The notes beneath the pieces are model-generated. The model saw nothing but the letters and a program-made list of their open reading frames with translations, ran no database searches and was not told where the DNA came from. From Aquificaceae bacterium (lineage in GTDB: Bacteria; Aquificota; Aquificia; Aquificales; Aquificaceae): a stretch of 47,942 bases of DNA. This document shows positions 29,358 through 39,138 of the stretch, piece after piece. Location of the stretch: the NCBI GenBank assembly GCA_046294875.1, contig JBKBNZ010000001.1:1-47942 (forward strand), given 5' to 3'. The number at the start of each line of letters is the position of its first letter. Within the stretch, counting starts at the first letter, position 1. A program made the position numbers and the translations under genes.

Positions 29358-30576
29358 CGGTACAAAGGACATACTCATAGAAAAGAAACATATAAAAGCC
29401 ATAGGGGATGATCTTTTTGAATCAGAAGCTCAGATAATAGAGGGAAAAGGGCTTGTAGCCTGCCCCTCTTTCGTGGATATTCATGTCCATCTAAGAGATC
29501 CCGGGCAAGAATACAAAGAAGACCTTCAAAGCGGTATGAAGTGTGCCGTCGCCGGAGGTTATACAGCCCTTGTATGCATGCCTAACACAAAGCCACCAAT
29601 AGACTCTCCCGAGGTTGCCCAATATATAGTTAGAAAGTCCGAGGATATAGGCCTATGTAGAGTTTTCCCCTCTTCTGCCATTACAAAGGGTAGAAAAGGG
29701 CAAGAGCTTGTGGATTTTTACGCCATGAAGAGGGCTGGCTGCGTTGCCTTTACCGATGATGGAGCGCCTCTTATGGATTCAAGACTTATGGAAAGGGCTT
29801 TGGAGCTTACAAGCCAGATAGGAAGCTTTGTAATGAACCACTGCGAGGATGATAAGATCGCCCAAGGGCATATAAACGAAGGATACGTAAGCTCCCTACT
29901 TGGTATAGACGGAAGGCATGCAAGCGCAGAGGATATTTTAGTGGCTCGTGATTGTATCCTTGCGTACCATACAGGAGGGCACATACATATACAACATCTA
30001 AGCAGTGCCCTTAGCGTGGATATAATAAGGTTTTTCAAAGATAAAGGGGCAAAGATTACCTGCGAGGTAAATCCCTACCATCTTATCTTTACGGAAGAAG
30101 AGATATTCAATTCTTATTCCAACGCAAAGGTGAACCCACCTTTAAGGGATAAAAAGCACCAAAGTCTTCTCCTTGAAGCTCTAAAGGATGGTACCATAGA
30201 CTGTATAGCCACAGACCATGCACCCCATGCCCTTTGGGAAAAAAGTTCCTTGGAAAAGGCTATGCCTGGTATGATAGGGTTGCAGGTAGCCCTTCCCATG
30301 ATGCTTAAGTTGGTAAGGGAAGGATACATAAGTCTTATGAGAATGGTGGAGCTTATGTCTTGCAAGCCTGCAAGAATCTTGGGGCTTGAGGATCATGGTA
30401 GTATAAAGCAAGGGTCGAAGGCAAACCTTACCCTTTTTGACCCAGAAAAGGAATGGATACTAAACGAAGAGTCAAACCTCTCCAAATCAAAAAACACTCC
30501 CCTTTGGAATAAAAGACTAAAAGGCAAAGCAATATACACCATATTTGAAGGAAGGGTGGTATACATAGATGTTTAA
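29302..30576 (+). CDS. pyrC: dihydroorotase
   Basis: DIHVHLRDPG, MPNTKP, AFTDDG, HCED, KVNPPLR, ATDHAPH. Confidence 0.96.
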   Translation: MSKILIKKVRVIDPSQGLDGTKDILIEKKHIKAIGDDLFESEAQIIEGKGLVACPSFVDIHVHLRDPGQEYKEDLQSGMKCAVAGGYTALVCMPNTKPPIDSPEVAQYIVRKSEDIGLCRVFPSSAITKGRKGQELVDFYAMKRAGCVAFTDDGAPLMDSRLMERALELTSQIGSFVMNHCEDDKIAQGHINEGYVSSLLGIDGRHASAEDILVARDCILAYHTGGHIHIQHLSSALSVDIIRFFKDKGAKITCEVNPYHLIFTEEEIFNSYSNAKVNPPLRDKKHQSLLLEALKDGTIDCIATDHAPHALWEKSSLEKAMPGMIGLQVALPMMLKLVREGYISLMRMVELMSCKPARILGLEDHGSIKQGSKANLTLFDPEKEWILNEESNLSKSKNTPLWNKRLKGKAIYTIFEGRVVYIDV

Positions 30577-31420
30577 AAGGGTTGCCATAGTAGGCGTAGG
30601 TTTTATGGGAGGCTCCTTTGCCCTCGCATGCAAAGAGGCTATTGAGTGCCAAGTGTTTGGCATTGATATAAACCCAAAGGCTATAGAGAGGGCTAAGGAA
30701 TTAAAGGTTATAGAAGAGGGTTCTATCCGTATGGAAAAGTTAAGGGAGTTTGAACCAGAATTGGTGGTTATAGCCACTCCCGTTAAAAGCTTTGAAGGTA
30801 TAGGAAAAGCCCTTGCGGAGGTTATTGACAATAGATGCATAGTTTCCGACCTTGGTTCTGTAAAGGGTAGGCTTGTATATATTATGGAGGACATACTGGG
30901 GGGCAGGTTTGTGGGAGGACATCCCATAGCGGGGACAGAAAAGGCAGGAGTGGAAAATGCTATAAAAGGCCTTTTTAAGGGCAAAAGGTTTATACTGACT
31001 CCTACACGAAATACAGACCCCTATGCAAAGGAAAAAATAAGGATTTTATGGGAAAACTTGGGGTCTTTGGTGGAGGAAATGGATCCGTACCTTCATGATT
31101 TTATCTTTGGTGCGGTCTCCCATCTTCCCCATGCAGTAGCCTTTGCCCTAATGGAGACCATAGGAAGGCTTAGCAAAGAGGTCAACCTTTTTAAATATCC
31201 TGGCGGTGGCTTTAAAGACTTTACAAGAATAGCAGCCTCAGACCCAATAATGTGGCGTGATATATTCCTTGAAAACAAAGAGGAAGTATTAAAATCCATA
31301 AACGCCTTTGAGGAATCCTTAAAAAGATTAAAGGAGCTTATAAAAGAGGAAAATGTAAAGGAACTCCAAGAATATCTTTCTGTGGCGAGCCAAAAAAGAA
31401 GGGCCCTTGAAGAAAACTAA
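30569..31420 (+). CDS. tyrA: prephenate dehydrogenase
   Basis: GVGFMGGS, DLGSVK, GGHPIAGTE, SHLPH, GFKDFTRIAASDP. Confidence 0.95.
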   Translation: MFKRVAIVGVGFMGGSFALACKEAIECQVFGIDINPKAIERAKELKVIEEGSIRMEKLREFEPELVVIATPVKSFEGIGKALAEVIDNRCIVSDLGSVKGRLVYIMEDILGGRFVGGHPIAGTEKAGVENAIKGLFKGKRFILTPTRNTDPYAKEKIRILWENLGSLVEEMDPYLHDFIFGAVSHLPHAVAFALMETIGRLSKEVNLFKYPGGGFKDFTRIAASDPIMWRDIFLENKEEVLKSINAFEESLKRLKELIKEENVKELQEYLSVASQKRRALEEN

Positions 31421-31686
31421 TGGCCTTTACTTCCACAAAGGTATTTTACTCCCTTCTGAGTTTTTGCCCAGTGTTTTGTTCCAGCCTTTACCTCCAACAT
31501 ATCCCCTTCCTTTAGGTGATAGATGCCTTCCTCTGTACCTATGGTAATCTCTCCTTCAAGGACGAGCCTTACCTCATCTTCGGGATGGGTATGCCAATCG
31601 TAGTAGGTGCCCGGTGGATCGTACCAAACATAAAAACCTTTATAGCCCTTCTCCCTTAGTATCTCTTCTGCTTTTTTCCTGTCCAT
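31417..31686 (-). CDS. cupin domain protein
   Basis: WHTHPEDE...GDMLEVKAGTKH cupin metal motifs. Confidence 0.88.
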   Translation of the reverse strand: MDRKKAEEILREKGYKGFYVWYDPPGTYYDWHTHPEDEVRLVLEGEITIGTEEGIYHLKEGDMLEVKAGTKHWAKTQKGVKYLCGSKGH

Positions 31687-31702
31687 AGTTTTTATAGTTT
31701 AT

Positions 31703-31782
31703 AAGAAATCTTTCTGTAGTGGGCTTGAACTACCAAAACTTTTGGGTAAATAAGTTTTACGAACAATTTCTCACCCAGCGCA
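31703..31782 (-). repeat. dispersed intergenic repeat, copy C
   Basis: AATTTCTCACCCAG 31765-31778 is identical (inverted) to copy A. GGGCTT at 31721-31726 is also shared. Confidence 0.55.
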
Positions 31783-31803
31783 AACTGGTTTATAATTTTT
31801 ACC

Positions 31804-32136
31804 ATGTACTACCTTCTTCTTACCCTGTTTGTAATAATAGCCCTCTTGTTAATTGTGGTGGTGCTTATGCAAAGGGGTGGTGGCGATGTTGGGAGTGCTT
31901 TTGGAGGTATGGGTCAAGGTGTTTTTGGCCCCGGTGGTGTGGATACCATCCTTACAAAGATAACCTACTGGTTCGGTTTCTCTCTTATGACTTTGGCCAT
32001 ACTTTTGGCCCTTACCCATCCCTCCAAAAAAGGATCTCTTATAAAGGATGAAGGTAAAAGAGCTCCTCAAACAGAACAAAGCATCCCTCAAGGACAAAAT
32101 CCTCCTGCTGGCACACCTACTCAAAATAAACCATAA
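31804..32136 (+). CDS. secG: preprotein translocase subunit SecG
   Basis: LLIVVVLMQRG, G-S-A-F-G-G, LTKITYW, two TM helices. Confidence 0.93.
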   Translation: MYYLLLTLFVIIALLLIVVVLMQRGGGDVGSAFGGMGQGVFGPGGVDTILTKITYWFGFSLMTLAILLALTHPSKKGSLIKDEGKRAPQTEQSIPQGQNPPAGTPTQNKP

Positions 32137-32860
32137 AGAACTTTACCTTTTGGACGACCTTGAGGTGCCAAAAGCAGTAGAAGAAGCCTACCTGCAAGGC
32201 TTAAAAAAAATGGCACAAGGCTATCCTCTTCAGTATATCCTTGGTGAGTGGGAGTTTTATGGAAAAAGCTTTTACGTTCAGGAAGATGTTTTAATACCAA
32301 GGCCAGAAACGGAAATATTGGTGGAAGAGATTTTAAAAAGGCTTCCCAAAAGGGTAGGACTCAAGGGTCTTGAAATAGGTATTGGTAGTGGATGTATAAG
32401 CATAACTTTGTTGCTACATAATCAAGGGCTCAGGATGTTTGCCAACGATATAAACATAAAGGCTCTAAGACTGGCAAGAAAGAACGCAAAGAGGCACCAT
32501 GTAGAGGATAGGCTTTTTCTGTTTGCCGGAGACCTCTTTGAAGCTTTAAAGCCCTATCCCTTTGACTTTATCCTTTCAAACCCCCCATACATACCCATAG
32601 AAAAATGGGAAAGCCTGCCCTTGGGTGTGAAGATAGAGGGTTATACTTCTCTTGTAGGCGGTATGAAAGGCTGGGAGTTTTATCTTAGAATAAGTGAGCG
32701 TATGGAAAATTATCTTAGTCCCGATGGCTTTTTTGCCTTTGAGATAGGGCACGACCAGGGTATGGTTGTTAGGAATATATTTGAAGAAAAGGGCTATAAA
32801 GTAGAGGTTATAAAGGACTACGCAAGCCAAGACAGGGTGGTGGTAGGATGGAGATCGTAG
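32048..32860 (+). CDS. prmC: release factor glutamine methyltransferase
   Basis: YPLQYILG, LIPRPETE, EIGIGSGCI, SNPPYI, EIGHDQ. Confidence 0.95.
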   Translation: MKVKELLKQNKASLKDKILLLAHLLKINHKELYLLDDLEVPKAVEEAYLQGLKKMAQGYPLQYILGEWEFYGKSFYVQEDVLIPRPETEILVEEILKRLPKRVGLKGLEIGIGSGCISITLLLHNQGLRMFANDINIKALRLARKNAKRHHVEDRLFLFAGDLFEALKPYPFDFILSNPPYIPIEKWESLPLGVKIEGYTSLVGGMKGWEFYLRISERMENYLSPDGFFAFEIGHDQGMVVRNIFEEKGYKVEVIKDYASQDRVVVGWRS

Positions 32861-34080
32861 GCTTTCTTCTGGGAACCTTTTTCTTTATCCTGTTGGAGGC
32901 TTTTTTTGCAGGGTCAGAGATAGCTCTTGTTAGCGTGGATAAGGGAAGGGTTTTAAACCTATACAAAAGGACAAGAAGGGAATTCCTCTTAGACTTTCAC
33001 CAAAATCCAGAAGAATACATAACCCTGACAATGTTGGGCTATACCATAAGCATAGTCTTTGCATCCACCTTTTACACCCTTGCGGTAATACAGCTTTCAG
33101 AGTATTTTCCTTACATAAAAGGCTTTGAAGTTTTATTCTCTTCCAGCTTAGTTATCTTCACCCTTCTCCTTGGCGAGATACTTCCCAAAAGCTTTTTTCA
33201 GAAGGAGGCAGAAAGGCTACTCTTCCCATCCCTGTGGCTCCTTAGTAGGATAAAAACCTTTACCAAGCCTGTCTTGAGCTTATCAACTTTTCTTAGCAGG
33301 TCTATTACCAACCTCTTAAAGGACAAATACCAAGAAAAACTAAGTAAAGAAGACCTAATAAGGCTTATGGAAGAGGTGGCATCAAGGGAAGAGAACCTGC
33401 AAATAGCCTTTAGAATACTTACCTTAAAAGACCTTTTTATAACGGAGGAGGTAAAGCCCTTAAGAGAGGTGGTTATGGTAGAAGAGGGCACACCCCTTGA
33501 CCAAACCCTTAGGATCATGCAGGAAAGTGGCTACAGAAGATTGCCCGTGTATAGGAACAGGGTAGACCAGATAATAGGCTATGTAGACCTTTTTGACCTC
33601 ATACAGAACAAGCATGCCAAGTTTATTAGGGAGCTTATAAGGCCTATACACTACTTTTCCGAGTTTACCACTATAAAAAGAGCCTTTGAGGTCTTTATGA
33701 AAAGCAAAGAACAGATGGGGGTTGTGGTAGACGAAAGGGGCAACCTTTTGGGGATAATAACCTGGGATGACATACAGGGTTATATTATGGGTGGCCTTTG
33801 GGAGGAAGGTATAGATGAGGAAGAAGAAATAGTTGAGATAGAAAAGGGTAGGTGGATAGTAGACGGCAGCATAGAAAAGGAAAAGTTTGAGAGGCTTCTA
33901 AGCTTGGAACTTCCCGAAGGTCCATACACTACCCTTGGTGGCTTTTTGTGTTTCTATAATGGAGATATCCCAGAAAGGGGCAAGGTTATAGAGTACAAGA
34001 ATTACACCTTTAAGGTACTTCAGAGGGACGAAAGAAGGATAATAAAAATCATGGTGGAAAGCCATGTACAAGAGGAGTAA
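32848..34080 (+). CDS. HlyC/CorC (CNNM) family membrane protein with CBS domains
   Basis: FFAGSEIAL, GEILPK, GYRRLPVY, VVDERG, YTTLGG. Confidence 0.9.
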   Translation: MEIVGFLLGTFFFILLEAFFAGSEIALVSVDKGRVLNLYKRTRREFLLDFHQNPEEYITLTMLGYTISIVFASTFYTLAVIQLSEYFPYIKGFEVLFSSSLVIFTLLLGEILPKSFFQKEAERLLFPSLWLLSRIKTFTKPVLSLSTFLSRSITNLLKDKYQEKLSKEDLIRLMEEVASREENLQIAFRILTLKDLFITEEVKPLREVVMVEEGTPLDQTLRIMQESGYRRLPVYRNRVDQIIGYVDLFDLIQNKHAKFIRELIRPIHYFSEFTTIKRAFEVFMKSKEQMGVVVDERGNLLGIITWDDIQGYIMGGLWEEGIDEEEEIVEIEKGRWIVDGSIEKEKFERLLSLELPEGPYTTLGGFLCFYNGDIPERGKVIEYKNYTFKVLQRDERRIIKIMVESHVQEE

Positions 34081-34741
34081 AAGTCTAAAAGATATGCCCC
34101 AAGACCTAAAGCCAAGGGAAAAGATGTTAAACTTGGGAGCACAGAAGCTTTCCAATGAAGAACTTTTGGCTATCCTTTTGGGTTCTGGCACGAAGGGCAT
34201 GGACGTGCTTACCCTTTCGGAAAGGATCCTAAAGGTAGGATGGGATGAGCTTTACAAGTTATCACCCCAAGAGTTGGCAAAAAGGTTTAAGGGTATTGGT
34301 ATTGCAAAGGCTTGCCAGATAAAGGCTTTGGTTGAGCTTGCCAAGAGGATAGGCGAGCCCTACGATGGAATAGTTATAAACAATCCTGAGGAGGTGTATA
34401 GATTTGTAAGGGATAAGGTGGATGAAAGGAAAGAATATTTGATCTCCCTTTACCTTAGTCCTACCAACAGGCTTATATCCTTTGAAGTTATAGCCATAGG
34501 AAGGATGAACGCCCTTTATGCAGAACCCAAAGAAATACTGTACCATGCCATAAAAACATCCTGCTATAGCATTATCCTCGTACATAACCATCCCAAAGGA
34601 GACCTAAAACCCTCAAAGGAAGACGTGGAATTTACCCATAGGGTGAAAAACTCCTGCCACCTTTTGGGCTTTGAACTTATAGACCATTTGATAATAAACA
34701 GCAAGGGCTACTTTTCTATGAGAAGGGAGGGCTATCTTTGA
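34064..34741 (+). CDS. radC: RadC family JAB-domain protein
   Basis: PREKM, ELLAILLGSG, HhH GIGIAKA, HNHPKG...PSKED, DHLII. Confidence 0.93.
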   Translation: MYKRSKSLKDMPQDLKPREKMLNLGAQKLSNEELLAILLGSGTKGMDVLTLSERILKVGWDELYKLSPQELAKRFKGIGIAKACQIKALVELAKRIGEPYDGIVINNPEEVYRFVRDKVDERKEYLISLYLSPTNRLISFEVIAIGRMNALYAEPKEILYHAIKTSCYSIILVHNHPKGDLKPSKEDVEFTHRVKNSCHLLGFELIDHLIINSKGYFSMRREGYL

Positions 34742-35379
34742 TAGGGATCTTCCAATTTTTTGGGCTTGCAAAGGATGAGTGCCTTTCTTGTGGTTCAAAG
34801 TTTTTTGGAAAAGACCAAGGGTTTATATGCGATGAGTGTTTAAAAAGCATAAAGCCATACCATCCCATGGACTACAGCCACAGGCTAAGCTATGTATTTT
34901 CCTACAGAATATATGGACTTTATGAAGGTCCTTTAAAACACCTTATCCATGCCATAAAGTTTGAAAACTCCAAAGGCCTTGCCCTGCTTTTAGGCAGGAT
35001 AATAAGGGAACATCTATGGGAATATATGGAGGAGATAGAGCCCGACCTTATAACCTTTCCTCCCTTGAACCTAAGAAGGTTCTGGAACAGGGGCTTTAAC
35101 CATGTGGAAAATATATTAAAGGGGGCAGAAGTACCCTGTATTTCCCTTTTTAAAAGGCAGGATATGGCTCCACCCCTTGCAAGGCTTGGCAAAGAAGAAA
35201 GAGCAAAGGCTGTAATGGGATACAAGGTGAAAGAGGGTTTTGTTGATTTCATTGAGGATAAAAGAATACTTATAGTGGATGACCTTTTAACCACAGGCTC
35301 CACCATTCAAAGACTTTCCTACCTTTTGCTATCCTTGGGAGCAAGGGAAGTACACGCCTACTTCGTGGCAAAGGGATGA
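34738..35379 (+). CDS. comF: ComF family amidophosphoribosyltransferase-like protein
   Basis: CLSC...CDEC zinc finger, RGFNH, IVDDLLTTGST. Confidence 0.9.
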   Translation: MIGIFQFFGLAKDECLSCGSKFFGKDQGFICDECLKSIKPYHPMDYSHRLSYVFSYRIYGLYEGPLKHLIHAIKFENSKGLALLLGRIIREHLWEYMEEIEPDLITFPPLNLRRFWNRGFNHVENILKGAEVPCISLFKRQDMAPPLARLGKEERAKAVMGYKVKEGFVDFIEDKRILIVDDLLTTGSTIQRLSYLLLSLGAREVHAYFVAKG

Positions 35380-35381
35380 AA

Positions 35382-35615
35382 TCAAAGCCTGAAGGGTATG
35401 CTTATATGAAGCTCCTCAAGATCTTCCTTCTTCCTTTTCAAATCCACTTCAATGTTTTCCACTTCAAGCTGGGGATACTTGGAAAAGACCGATATTAAGT
35501 CTTCTTTTAATCTGTCAACAAAATTGGGAGGAAGCCCTTTCCTTTCGTAGGTAAGTACCATGGTAAGCCTCTTTTTAGCTTCCTCTTTGCTGCTACCTTG
35601 GTTAAAAATAAACAT
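35382..35615 (-). CDS. minE: cell division topological specificity factor
   Basis: SKEEAKKRL...ER, downstream of minD. ATG 35615 with GGAG SD. Confidence 0.92.
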   Translation of the reverse strand: MFIFNQGSSKEEAKKRLTMVLTYERKGLPPNFVDRLKEDLISVFSKYPQLEVENIEVDLKRKKEDLEELHISIPFRL

Positions 35616-35617
35616 GT

Positions 35618-36406
35618 TCAACTCCCGAGCAATTTCTCCAATAGGCCCTTCCTTTCTCCATACCTTACCATGGGAACATCTTCCCCCTCTATCCTCCTTG
35701 CCATATCCGTCATTGCCTTTGAGGCGTCATAACTCATATCCAAAACTATGGGCTCGCCTCTGTTGGTAAAATCCACAAGCTTGGGCTCTTCTGGTATTAT
35801 GCCTATGGGCTGCACCTTGAGTATATCCACGATGTCTTCTACCGATAACATCTCTCCCTTTTTAACACTGTCCCACCTTATCCTGTTTATGACAAGGTAG
35901 TGTTCCCTTTTTCCCATGTTTTCCAGAAGGCCTATGACCCTATCCGCATCCCTTATGGAGGATACGTCGGGATTTACCACCACAAGGGCTACGTCCGCAG
36001 GAAGACAGGCAATTTGAAAACCACGCTCTATTCCTGCAGGAGAGTCTATAAAGATGTAGTCAAACTCTCCAGAAGCTTTAACTCTTTCCACAAGGTCTAC
36101 CCACTTGTCCTTGTCTATGGCATCTTTGTTTTTGGTTTGGTTTGCGGGCAAAAGCCAAAGGCTTAGACCCCTTTTGTCTTTTACCAAGGCTTTGGAAAAC
36201 TCTGCTCTGCCCTCCAAAACATCCAGCACGTCATAAACTATGCGATTCTCAAGTCCCAATACCATGTCAAGGTTTCTAAGTCCAATGTCTGCGTCCAAGG
36301 CAAGAACCTTTCTACCAGCCCTCGCCAAAGCTATACCTAAATTGGCAACGATGGTAGTTTTACCTACCCCACCCTTTCCTGAAGTGACCACATAAACCTT
36401 ACTCAT
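35618..36406 (-). CDS. minD: septum site-determining ATPase
   Basis: TSGKGGVGKTT, DIGLRNLD, DSPAGIE, DADRVIG, C-terminal amphipathic helix. Confidence 0.97.
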   Translation of the reverse strand: MSKVYVVTSGKGGVGKTTIVANLGIALARAGRKVLALDADIGLRNLDMVLGLENRIVYDVLDVLEGRAEFSKALVKDKRGLSLWLLPANQTKNKDAIDKDKWVDLVERVKASGEFDYIFIDSPAGIERGFQIACLPADVALVVVNPDVSSIRDADRVIGLLENMGKREHYLVINRIRWDSVKKGEMLSVEDIVDILKVQPIGIIPEEPKLVDFTNRGEPIVLDMSYDASKAMTDMARRIEGEDVPMVRYGERKGLLEKLLGS

Positions 36407-36982
36407 CTATACCCTCTCAAGTATTATAGTACCATCTTCAACCTTTGCCACTTCGGGGTATCCAGGGGATTTTCTTTCCACCTCATTCATTATGGCGACC
36501 CTTCTTCCTATCCTTATCTGCTGGGGTTCCATATCAAGAGCTACCACTACTGCACTTTCATCCCCAAGAGCCCCCGCTATAGCAATTCCTCTAAGTTTAC
36601 CCATTATTATAATATTACCCGTTGCTATTACCTGCGCATCCTTGTTAACATTCCCAAGCACCAAAATGTCTCCGTTATATTCTACCCTTTGTCCAGAGCG
36701 AAGATGCTTTTGAACTATAAGTAGCCTATCCCTCTTTGATTCTTTTATACCTTCCCAGCTTAGCCTTTCTACACTTTTTATATTTCTGTCTGCAATGGCC
36801 TTTTCTATTTTTTCAATCTCTTCCTTCTTTAAAAGTCCTTTGTCGTCTATAAGAACATAGCTACCCTCAAAAAGTTTGGAAGAGACCTTTCTCTTTATCT
36901 CTTCCACAAGGGCATCTATATCTTCCCTCTCTTTTATCTCTATAAGCAGTACAGGAAGAGTTATTCCCTTTATCTCCACCAT
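36407..36982 (-). CDS. minC: septum site-determining protein
   Basis: LRSGQ, GNVN...A-G-N-I, GKLRGIAIAG, PQQIRIG. Confidence 0.94.
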   Translation of the reverse strand: MVEIKGITLPVLLIEIKEREDIDALVEEIKRKVSSKLFEGSYVLIDDKGLLKKEEIEKIEKAIADRNIKSVERLSWEGIKESKRDRLLIVQKHLRSGQRVEYNGDILVLGNVNKDAQVIATGNIIIMGKLRGIAIAGALGDESAVVVALDMEPQQIRIGRRVAIMNEVERKSPGYPEVAKVEDGTIILERV

Positions 36983-36992
36983 ATCTTTTCTT

Positions 36993-37068
36993 TGGCTCCG
37001 GGGGAGGGACTCGAACCCCCAACCTGACGGTTAACAGCCGCCTGCTCTGCCCGTTGAGCTACCCCGGA
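36993..37068 (-). tRNA. tRNA-Asn (GTT), CCA encoded
   Basis: TCCGGGGTAGCTCAACGGGCAGAGCAGGCGGCT-GTT-AACCGTCAGGTTGGGGGTTCGAGTCCCTCCCCCGGAGCCA: 76 nt cloverleaf with U1-A72 pair. Confidence 0.98.
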
Positions 37069-37120
37069 TACTAAAATATATTATAACAACTTTTTTGCTT
37101 TGTGTATACTTTTATATGCA

Positions 37121-38260
37121 GTGCTGAAGTATTGGGATAAATGGATTTTATTTGGTCTTTTTGGGCTTTTTTTGATAGGAGAAGCTATGCTTGTAAGTAT
37201 TAATGCGGTACCTCGCTTCGTTGATTCTTATTCTAACCTTTCTTTATACAGAAAGCCCCTTATCCAGCTTGCGGTCTTTGTATTGGGCTTTTTTGTTGCA
37301 AGCCTTTTGGCAAGGATAGACTATAGAAGTCTTATTAGAGGCGCTTTACCTTATCTTATAAACTTAGTAGCTATTCTAAGCCTAATTTTAGTGGTTATAA
37401 AGAAGATCATCTCGGGAAAATCTGTAGACCGATGGCTTTTGGGTGGTAGCGTGCAACCTTTAGAGTTTGCAAAGATATCCCTTGTTATATTCTTGTCTTA
37501 CTATATAGTAAAAAAGGGAAATCTAAGGCAATGGAGACATCTTTTATGGGCTCTCTTTTTCCCAGTGGCTATGGCTTTTCTTCTTTTATTGCAACCCGAC
37601 AAGGGTGGAGCTGTGTTTATCCTGCTTATGACTGCCCTTATGGTCTATGTAGGTGGTGTTCCAAAAAGGGTTTATTTAATAGTTATACCCATTTTATTCC
37701 TTTTTATCTACTACATACTTACCTCAAAGGGCTATGTGGCGGAAAGACTTTCCGCATGGAAAGATCCATTCTTTGACCCGGAAGACAGTGGATACCAGAT
37801 TCTTCAATCCTTGTACGCCCTTGCAAGGGGTGGGCTTATGGGAGTGGGAATAGGGCAGGGACTTCAAAAGATGGGGCCTTTACCGGTTTCTGATACGGAC
37901 TTTGTGATAGCGGTGATAGGGGAGGAGATGGGCTTTGTGGGTGTCTTTTTGGTGGTTGTCCTTTACTGCATACTCATAGGTAGGCTTCTTTGGTATTCCT
38001 TAAAAACTTCTGAACCTATGGAAAAGCTTTTGCTCTTTGGTATAGCCTTTAACTTTGCCCTTTCTTTCCTTTGGAACTTGGCTATGGTTTCTAATTTAAT
38101 ACCTCCAAAGGGTATAGCCTTGCCCTTTGTAAGCTATGGTGCTTCCAACCTTTTTGCATCCCTTTTGTTCTTGGGAATCGCCCAATCGGTGATAAATCAG
38201 ATAAACCACTTAAGCTTTTCTAAAACCTCTTTTGCCTCCACGGAGTTTAAACAGGCATAG
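37121..38260 (+). CDS. ftsW: SEDS family peptidoglycan glycosyltransferase (FtsW/RodA)
   Basis: RWL, VQPLEFAK, LQPDKG, GYQILQS, DTDFVIAVIGEEMG, GIALPFVSYG. Start probably GTG 37121. Confidence 0.88.
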   Translation: MLKYWDKWILFGLFGLFLIGEAMLVSINAVPRFVDSYSNLSLYRKPLIQLAVFVLGFFVASLLARIDYRSLIRGALPYLINLVAILSLILVVIKKIISGKSVDRWLLGGSVQPLEFAKISLVIFLSYYIVKKGNLRQWRHLLWALFFPVAMAFLLLLQPDKGGAVFILLMTALMVYVGGVPKRVYLIVIPILFLFIYYILTSKGYVAERLSAWKDPFFDPEDSGYQILQSLYALARGGLMGVGIGQGLQKMGPLPVSDTDFVIAVIGEEMGFVGVFLVVVLYCILIGRLLWYSLKTSEPMEKLLLFGIAFNFALSFLWNLAMVSNLIPPKGIALPFVSYGASNLFASLLFLGIAQSVINQINHLSFSKTSFASTEFKQA

Positions 38261-39138
38261 GTGCCCGTTTTACACCTTTTTGGGTTCGGAGAGCAAGGAG
38301 AGCAGGGCAAATCTGGTTTTAGGTGATCACCTATCAAAGGATAAAAGCCATAATGGGGAGATGTGGCAGTGTATATGCTTATGGCAGGAACTCTAAAGGC
38401 GTTGGCTATGTGTATGGGAGAAGAGTCACAGGCTACCACTGCCTTTGAAAGGCTTATTATTGCCATAAGCTCTCGCAGGCTTGTTTTCCCTACAAGGTTT
38501 ATAACTTTTTGTAGCTGTTTTGATCTCTCTATGTCTCTTTCTGTTCCTACCACAACCACGGGCAAAGGCAGGTTTTCTACAAGTTCCCTCCAACCATCAA
38601 GGTACCATTCCTTCAGTCTAAAGTTGGAAAAGGGGGCTATCACAAGAAATTCTTTTGGTAAGTTAAACCTCTTAACTACCTTCTCTTTTTCCTCCTCTTC
38701 CACGAAAAGGATAGGCATCCTTTGAAGAACCTTTATACCTATGGGTCTTAAAAGTTCCAAGTTTCGGTCTACTTCGTGCTTATGCCATTGGTGTTTTACT
38801 CTATGGGTATAAAGCCAAGGCATCTCAGACCTGTCAAAGCCTATTCGTGTAGGTATGCCTGAAGCGTAAAGGATTAGAGCGGTCCTAAAAGAGATATGAG
38901 GGCTTATAGCTATTTGGTACTTTCCCCTTCTTAGTCTTTTGACCATATCAAAGCTTTCCCTTATGCCCTTGTCAAAGGGTATCAATTCCACATCAAAGCC
39001 CTTTAACAGGTCTTTTATAAAACTTCTACCTACAAAGGATATATAAGAAGAGGGGAAGTTCTCTTTTATGGTTCTGATAAGGGGGGTGGCAAGGACCACG
39101 TCCCCCAAATAGGCAGTTTGCCAAATAAGTATTTTCAT
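38197..39138 (-). CDS. glycosyltransferase family 9 (LPS heptosyltransferase-like)
   Basis: AYLGDVVLATP, RIGF, NLVGKTSL, DSSPIHIA, CSPC. Confidence 0.9.
   Translation of the reverse strand: MKILIWQTAYLGDVVLATPLIRTIKENFPSSYISFVGRSFIKDLLKGFDVELIPFDKGIRESFDMVKRLRRGKYQIAISPHISFRTALILYASGIPTRIGFDRSEMPWLYTHRVKHQWHKHEVDRNLELLRPIGIKVLQRMPILFVEEEEKEKVVKRFNLPKEFLVIAPFSNFRLKEWYLDGWRELVENLPLPVVVVGTERDIERSKQLQKVINLVGKTSLRELMAIISLSKAVVACDSSPIHIANAFRVPAISIYTATSPHYGFYPLIGDHLKPDLPCSPCSPNPKRCKTGTYACLNSVEAKEVLEKLKWFI

Noticed and set aside
36993-37068. tRNA as an integration site for a genomic island
   Set aside because: No integrase, no duplicated tRNA 3' end, and housekeeping genes on both sides
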